A stretch of 35,446 nucleotides of DNA from Woeseiaceae bacterium (GTDB lineage Bacteria; Pseudomonadota; Gammaproteobacteria; Steroidobacterales; Woeseiaceae). The translations under genes and the position numbers were made by a program. Numbering within the stretch: position 1 is the stretch's first letter; each line of letters opens with the position of its first letter. The notes below the pieces were generated by a model that was given only the letters and a program-made list of their open reading frames with translations, was not told where the DNA came from and did not search any database. This document shows positions 31,859 through 35,446 of this stretch, piece after piece. Location of the stretch: contig JBFISV010000001.1 in the NCBI GenBank assembly GCA_041608415.1, positions 1 through 35,446 on the forward strand. The letters are read 5' to 3'.

Positions 31859-33324
31859 TACTCGATACCGACGTCGCTGAAATAGCGCTCGTCGCTGCCG
31901 CCGACACGGTCGATCAGGAACTCGTTTTTCGGCAGGTAGTCGAGTCCGGACACGGAGCGACCGTCGTGCAGCGCGACGTACTGTTCGTAATCGAGATCGA
32001 CGGCCAGTTGCATCGCGCTGCCGAAACCGATCCGGGCGGTCGCCTCGCGCCAGCCGTCGGCGATGAAAAACGGGATTACCTCGGCCGCGTCGCCGCTGCC
32101 GTAGCCGAGCGTGAGTACTTCTTCGCCGGCGGCGAGCGAACCCTCGTCGAGCCCCTGTTCGAAGCCCGCGGCCAGCCACGCCGGCAATGCCGCCGTATAA
32201 AGGTTGCCGAGGTCGAGCATCGTGTCGCTGCCGATCGCGAGCTTGTCCAGGATTTCGCGCCGGTAGCGTCGCGAGGCGCGAAACGCACGTAACGCCGCCA
32301 TCGTGAGCGGGTAGGCCTCGTAGTTGAGCTGCTCGGGATTGGCAAGCGCCGCCACTGCGGGGCGGCCGAGCATTTCGGCGGTTACGGCATGAGGGTCGAC
32401 GCCCGCGTCATAACAGTACGACGCGAGTTCCGCGCGGTCTTCGGCGTCGCCGCTCGACAGGGCAAACAGGTAGGAGACAGCCAGCCCGGTTTCGGGCATG
32501 CGGCGGTACGGCCGATGCATGAAAACGGTCTCGAGCGAGCGCAGGTAATCGATGGCGTTCAGTTTGCGCTTCTCGTACATGTCGTTGAGGGCGTGCAACG
32601 TCTCGTCGATGTAACAGGTCGTGGAGTACTTGCCGTTGAAGACCGGGAAGTCCTGCACCTGGTGCGTCTCCGAGCGGTCCTGGCCGCAGAAGCGTGACAT
32701 GGGCTTGCGAAAATCCATGATGCGATAGTCGGATGCGGATCCGGAGCCGACCAGGTCGACGATCGCGAGTGCGGGATCTTCCTCGAGCAGCATCGCTACC
32801 GCGCCCGCGCCCTGGGTCGGCTCACCGCTCGAGCCCCGTGCATACTCCGCGATGTCGGCGCAAACGACGATCGCCTGGTTGCCGGCCCCGTCGAGAGCCA
32901 GATGCCGGATCGCGCCCTTCATGCCGTAAACGCCGCCGAGGCAGGCGTGCTTGAACTCGGGAACCTCGCAGCTGCGCGCGATAGGCGGCTTGCCCCGCGC
33001 CTCGAGCGCGTGGTCGACCATTCCCTTGACGATAATCGCGCCGGCCGAGTTATCGGTACTCGATTCGGTGCCCAGGCCCAGGAATTTAACGCGCGTCGGG
33101 TCGATGTCGTACTGGTCGATGAGTCGCATGACGGCCGTCGCGGCCATGGTATAGACGCTCTGGTCCGGGCCGCGGACGCGGAAACTGCGCCCGACGACTT
33201 CGCGGATCTTGGGCCACTGGTTATTCGTCCAGTCGCACCAGTCCTCGAGCCATACGCGGTACGGTGGAATGTAAGCGGCGAGGCCGCTGATGCCGATAGG
33301 TTTCATTTGCACGCGTCGCTTCAT
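31840..33324 (-). CDS. mvaS: hydroxymethylglutaryl-CoA synthase (long form)
   Basis: Catalytic Cys region EFKHACLGGVYG, NGKYS, GYGSG. 488-494 aa (start at 33324 or MKPIGISG at 33306). Its 3' end overlaps the idi 3' end by 19 nt (convergent). Confidence 0.8.
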   Translation of the reverse strand: MKRRVQMKPIGISGLAAYIPPYRVWLEDWCDWTNNQWPKIREVVGRSFRVRGPDQSVYTMAATAVMRLIDQYDIDPTRVKFLGLGTESSTDNSAGAIIVKGMVDHALEARGKPPIARSCEVPEFKHACLGGVYGMKGAIRHLALDGAGNQAIVVCADIAEYARGSSGEPTQGAGAVAMLLEEDPALAIVDLVGSGSASDYRIMDFRKPMSRFCGQDRSETHQVQDFPVFNGKYSTTCYIDETLHALNDMYEKRKLNAIDYLRSLETVFMHRPYRRMPETGLAVSYLFALSSGDAEDRAELASYCYDAGVDPHAVTAEMLGRPAVAALANPEQLNYEAYPLTMAALRAFRASRRYRREILDKLAIGSDTMLDLGNLYTAALPAWLAAGFEQGLDEGSLAAGEEVLTLGYGSGDAAEVIPFFIADGWREATARIGFGSAMQLAVDLDYEQYVALHDGRSVSGLDYLPKNEFLIDRVGGSDERYFSDVGIEYYRFIA

Positions 33325-33421
33325 GGACAGGTCACGATTAGCCCGGCGATTTTAGTGGTCCCGGGCAGGCTGCTCAACTAATTATTGCGACCCGCGGGCA
33401 GCGCCCGCCGGCCCGGAGGTG

Positions 33422-33907
33422 TCATTCGACCGTGATCGTGATGGGCTCGGACGTCACCGGGGGGTCGTGCGGCACGTGCCGGTGGTCCCCCAGCAAAAGT
33501 TGCAACGTGTGCGTACCCGGCGCGAGCGTCAGCTCGGTCCGGGTGCTCGCGTCACCGAAATGCCGGTAGCGCTCATCGGCCGGAATCGGCAATCCCGGGT
33601 CGGGCAGAGGCGCGTCGATGATCAGGTGGTGGTGCCCCGACGATGGCCGGTCGTCCCCCGCTTTGGCGAGCGCGATGCCGGAAACGCCGAATTCGACGAC
33701 GAACGGGCTTCGCACCGTAGCGCCGTCCGCCGGGCTTTCGAAAAACACGCGCGCGCCCGCGGGGGCCGGGCTGCGCGCAATCCCCGTTGCCCTCGGCTGC
33801 GCCGCATCGCCGGGGCCGCCGGCCGGCTCGTCGGCAGGGTCCGAACCGCAGGCCGCGAGCGCCAGGAACGTCGACAGGAGTGCCGTTGCAAAAAATCGTC
33901 TGGACAT
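33422..33907 (-). CDS. DUF4399-like lipoprotein
   Basis: Signal peptide plus lipobox LALAAC. Conserved SSGHHHLIID motif as remembered for DUF4399. Confidence 0.55.
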   Translation of the reverse strand: MSRRFFATALLSTFLALAACGSDPADEPAGGPGDAAQPRATGIARSPAPAGARVFFESPADGATVRSPFVVEFGVSGIALAKAGDDRPSSGHHHLIIDAPLPDPGLPIPADERYRHFGDASTRTELTLAPGTHTLQLLLGDHRHVPHDPPVTSEPITITVE

Positions 33908-33979
33908 GGTTGCTCCCTGAGCGGCCCGGGCGCGTTCCTGCCTCGCCGCACATGCTCGTCGCCGTCTCGGCGGCGTACG

Positions 33980-35095
33980 TCAAACGGAGAATACCGCAAT
34001 AAGCACGGCGCCGAACATCACGAGCGTAAAACCGCCGGCGTACGTCGTCGACAGCGCGAAAAACTTGAGCAAGGCCGTGAGCCAATGCTGCCCGTATACC
34101 TGGCGCATCGACTTGAACAAATAGACGGGGATGTAAAACGACATTGCGACCACGGGCAATACGCCGACCGCCTCCGGCATGCCCGTGAGCCGGTTCAGTC
34201 GCGCCCACAGGATCTGCAGCGTGAGCAACAGGAAAAGGAAGGCGTGGAAATGTACGAAAAACAGCAGGTGCTCGACGTAGTAGCGGCGCGACAGCGGATA
34301 CAGGAGCTTCAAGACGAACGCCATGAGCGGCAGCAGGACGATGAGCGCGGCAGGTACGTTGTCGAGCACGGCCGAGAAGACGCCGCCGGCCCCGACCTCC
34401 CTGACACGCTCGCAGACCTGCTCGAGGCGTTGCGCCGAGAATCGACGCTTTAAGAACTCCGGCGCAAACTCGAGCGAGCCCTCCCCGAAGCCGCAGTCCG
34501 TCCCGTCGTCGTCCATCGTGACCTTGAGGCCGTAGCTGCGCTTTTCGTCGGCGCCGGTCTCGCCGGTCTCGCCTGTTGCGCCCGTCGCGACGCTAGCCGG
34601 CGGTTCGTCCGCGAGCACCCCCGCGCGCTGCAGCGCACGCTCGTCGACGACGCCTTCGCGCACGAGTTCGTCGAGAATTTCGCGGGTTTGCGCCTTTATT
34701 TGCGCGCGCCGTTCTTCGGCGAGCGCGGGATCGGCGGGCTCGACCGGCTCGTTCGGCTCGTAAAGGATGGCAAACTGGGTCCGGGGGTCGAAGAATGCGA
34801 CGACGAAAAAAATCAGGCTCAACACCAGGTACATGCGAAACGGCGGCATGTAGCGCGCCCGGCGGCCCTGCAGGTATTCGCGCGTCAGCCGGCCGGGCCG
34901 CACGAGCAGGGGCACGAGCGTTCGCCAGAGACGCGAGTCGAGTTCGAACAAATCGCCGAACGCGTCGCGGAGCAGTTCGAAAAGGCTGATGAGACGGCTC
35001 GACGCGCGCTGGCCGCACTGCCCGCAGTACTGTCCTGCGAGGGGTGCTCCGCAATTCAGGCAGGCGGGCGGCGCATCCCCTGGTATCCGGGTCAT
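33980..35095 (-). CDS. DUF3667-like zinc-ribbon membrane protein
   Basis: N-terminal CLNCGAPLAGQYCGQCGQ zinc ribbon, then LVRPGRLTREYLQGRRARYMPPFRMYL and several TM helices. Confidence 0.55.
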   Translation of the reverse strand: MTRIPGDAPPACLNCGAPLAGQYCGQCGQRASSRLISLFELLRDAFGDLFELDSRLWRTLVPLLVRPGRLTREYLQGRRARYMPPFRMYLVLSLIFFVVAFFDPRTQFAILYEPNEPVEPADPALAEERRAQIKAQTREILDELVREGVVDERALQRAGVLADEPPASVATGATGETGETGADEKRSYGLKVTMDDDGTDCGFGEGSLEFAPEFLKRRFSAQRLEQVCERVREVGAGGVFSAVLDNVPAALIVLLPLMAFVLKLLYPLSRRYYVEHLLFFVHFHAFLFLLLTLQILWARLNRLTGMPEAVGVLPVVAMSFYIPVYLFKSMRQVYGQHWLTALLKFFALSTTYAGGFTLVMFGAVLIAVFSV

Positions 35096-35106
35096 GGGGC
35101 CCTGCG

Positions 35107-35446
35107 TCAGTCGGCCGTCGTCTTTCGTGCCGTCGCCTTCTTGCGAACCTGTTTCGCAGCCGAGGATCGGCTGCGCGGCGCGGCTTTGCGCTTGGCCGCC
35201 TTTTTCGCGGACCCCGACTCCGGCCGGTCGGCGCTCTTCCTGCCGAGCTCGGATGGCGCAAAGTCATCGACGGCGAGCAACGCCGTCACCTTGTCGTGGA
35301 ACTCGCGCAACGCACGCGCCTCCGTCGCATTGACAATTTCCGCACGTTCGGCCTGGTCGATTTGCTGGCCCAGGTAACTGCTGTCGATGAGCCCTTCTTT
35401 CTGCGCCTGCCGCAGACGCTTCTCGAGCGGCGCATTCTGTTCGGCG
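35107..35446 (-). CDS. fadE: acyl-CoA dehydrogenase FadE, C-terminal end (5' part outside window) with basic tail
   Basis: The frame is open to the window edge: ...LEKRLRQAQKEGLIDS...AERAEIVNATEARALREFHDKVTALLAVDDFAPSEL. This parallels the remembered E. coli FadE terminus ...INVDDFDPEEL. A ~45-aa Lys/Ala/Arg-rich tail follows. Confidence 0.65.
   Translation of the reverse strand, partial: AEQNAPLEKRLRQAQKEGLIDSSYLGQQIDQAERAEIVNATEARALREFHDKVTALLAVDDFAPSELGRKSADRPESGSAKKAAKRKAAPRSRSSAAKQVRKKATARKTTAD

Noticed and set aside
27065-33421. Mevalonate cluster as a mobile genomic island
   Set aside because: No integrase, transposase, tRNA target, flanking direct repeats or visible compositional shift. 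Horizontal origin remains possible but is not shown by this sequence.
14159-34453. Other long antisense or out-of-frame ORFs: 14159..15016-, 15516..16811+, 17368..18183-, 18730..19770-, 20171..21958+, 22044..23504+, 23544..24842+, 23566..24552-, 24981..25934+, 26147..27463+, 27800..28903-, 28918..29946-, 30031..31350-, 30857..31822-, 33419..34453+
   Set aside because: Each lies opposite to, or out of frame with, a gene that has clear family motifs. Their translations are Arg/Ala/Gly/Pro-biased low-information sequence, as expected from stop-codon paucity in GC-rich DNA.
1-35446. CRISPR arrays, tandem repeats, IS elements, tRNA/rRNA genes
   Set aside because: Scanning the short intergenic regions showed no regularly spaced repeats, no terminal inverted repeats with a transposase, and no cloverleaf-like or rRNA-like segments. 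The GC-rich short repeats (gcggcg and similar) are codon-driven.

Overview
GC-rich chromosomal segment (by eye about two-thirds G+C, not computed) with gammaproteobacterial core synteny: dsbA-cytochrome c4 / engB / polA. It is densely packed with about 37 protein genes and shows no rRNA, tRNA, CRISPR array or mobile element. Main blocks, left to right: (1) L,D-transpeptidase fragment, lipoprotein-type DsbA, cytochrome c4, EngB, a candidate sRNA in the polA/engB spacer, PolA, LptM. (2) An 8-gene, translationally coupled arginine operon on the minus strand: argR-argG-X-argC-argD-argF'-argB-argH. It is of the Bacteroidetes/Xanthomonas type (acyl-ornithine carbamoyltransferase), contains one uncharacterised P-loop-like gene (X), and has no argA/argJ/argE. 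(3) Esterase, NRDE/TANGO2-like gene and NudC. (4) A divergent pair made of an FlhC-like zinc-ribbon protein and a protein with two tandem FlhD-like repeats, outside any flagellar or ICE context. (5) yadG-yadH ABC-2 exporter, SRAP/YedK, a DhaL(Dak2)-DegV fusion, exeA-gspB, dinB, ispA. (6) A complete mevalonate pathway cluster: mvaD, PMK, an HMG-CoA reductase::mevalonate kinase fusion, idi, and convergent mvaS. (7) DUF4399 lipoprotein, DUF3667 membrane protein and the 3' end of fadE. The candidates I rank highest for new biology are gene X in the arginine operon, the FlhC/tandem-FlhD pair, and the HMGR-MVK fusion. All functional calls rest on motif and remembered-homolog recognition by eye; no searches were run. 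Many long ORFs in the six-frame track are GC-driven shadow ORFs and were rejected.
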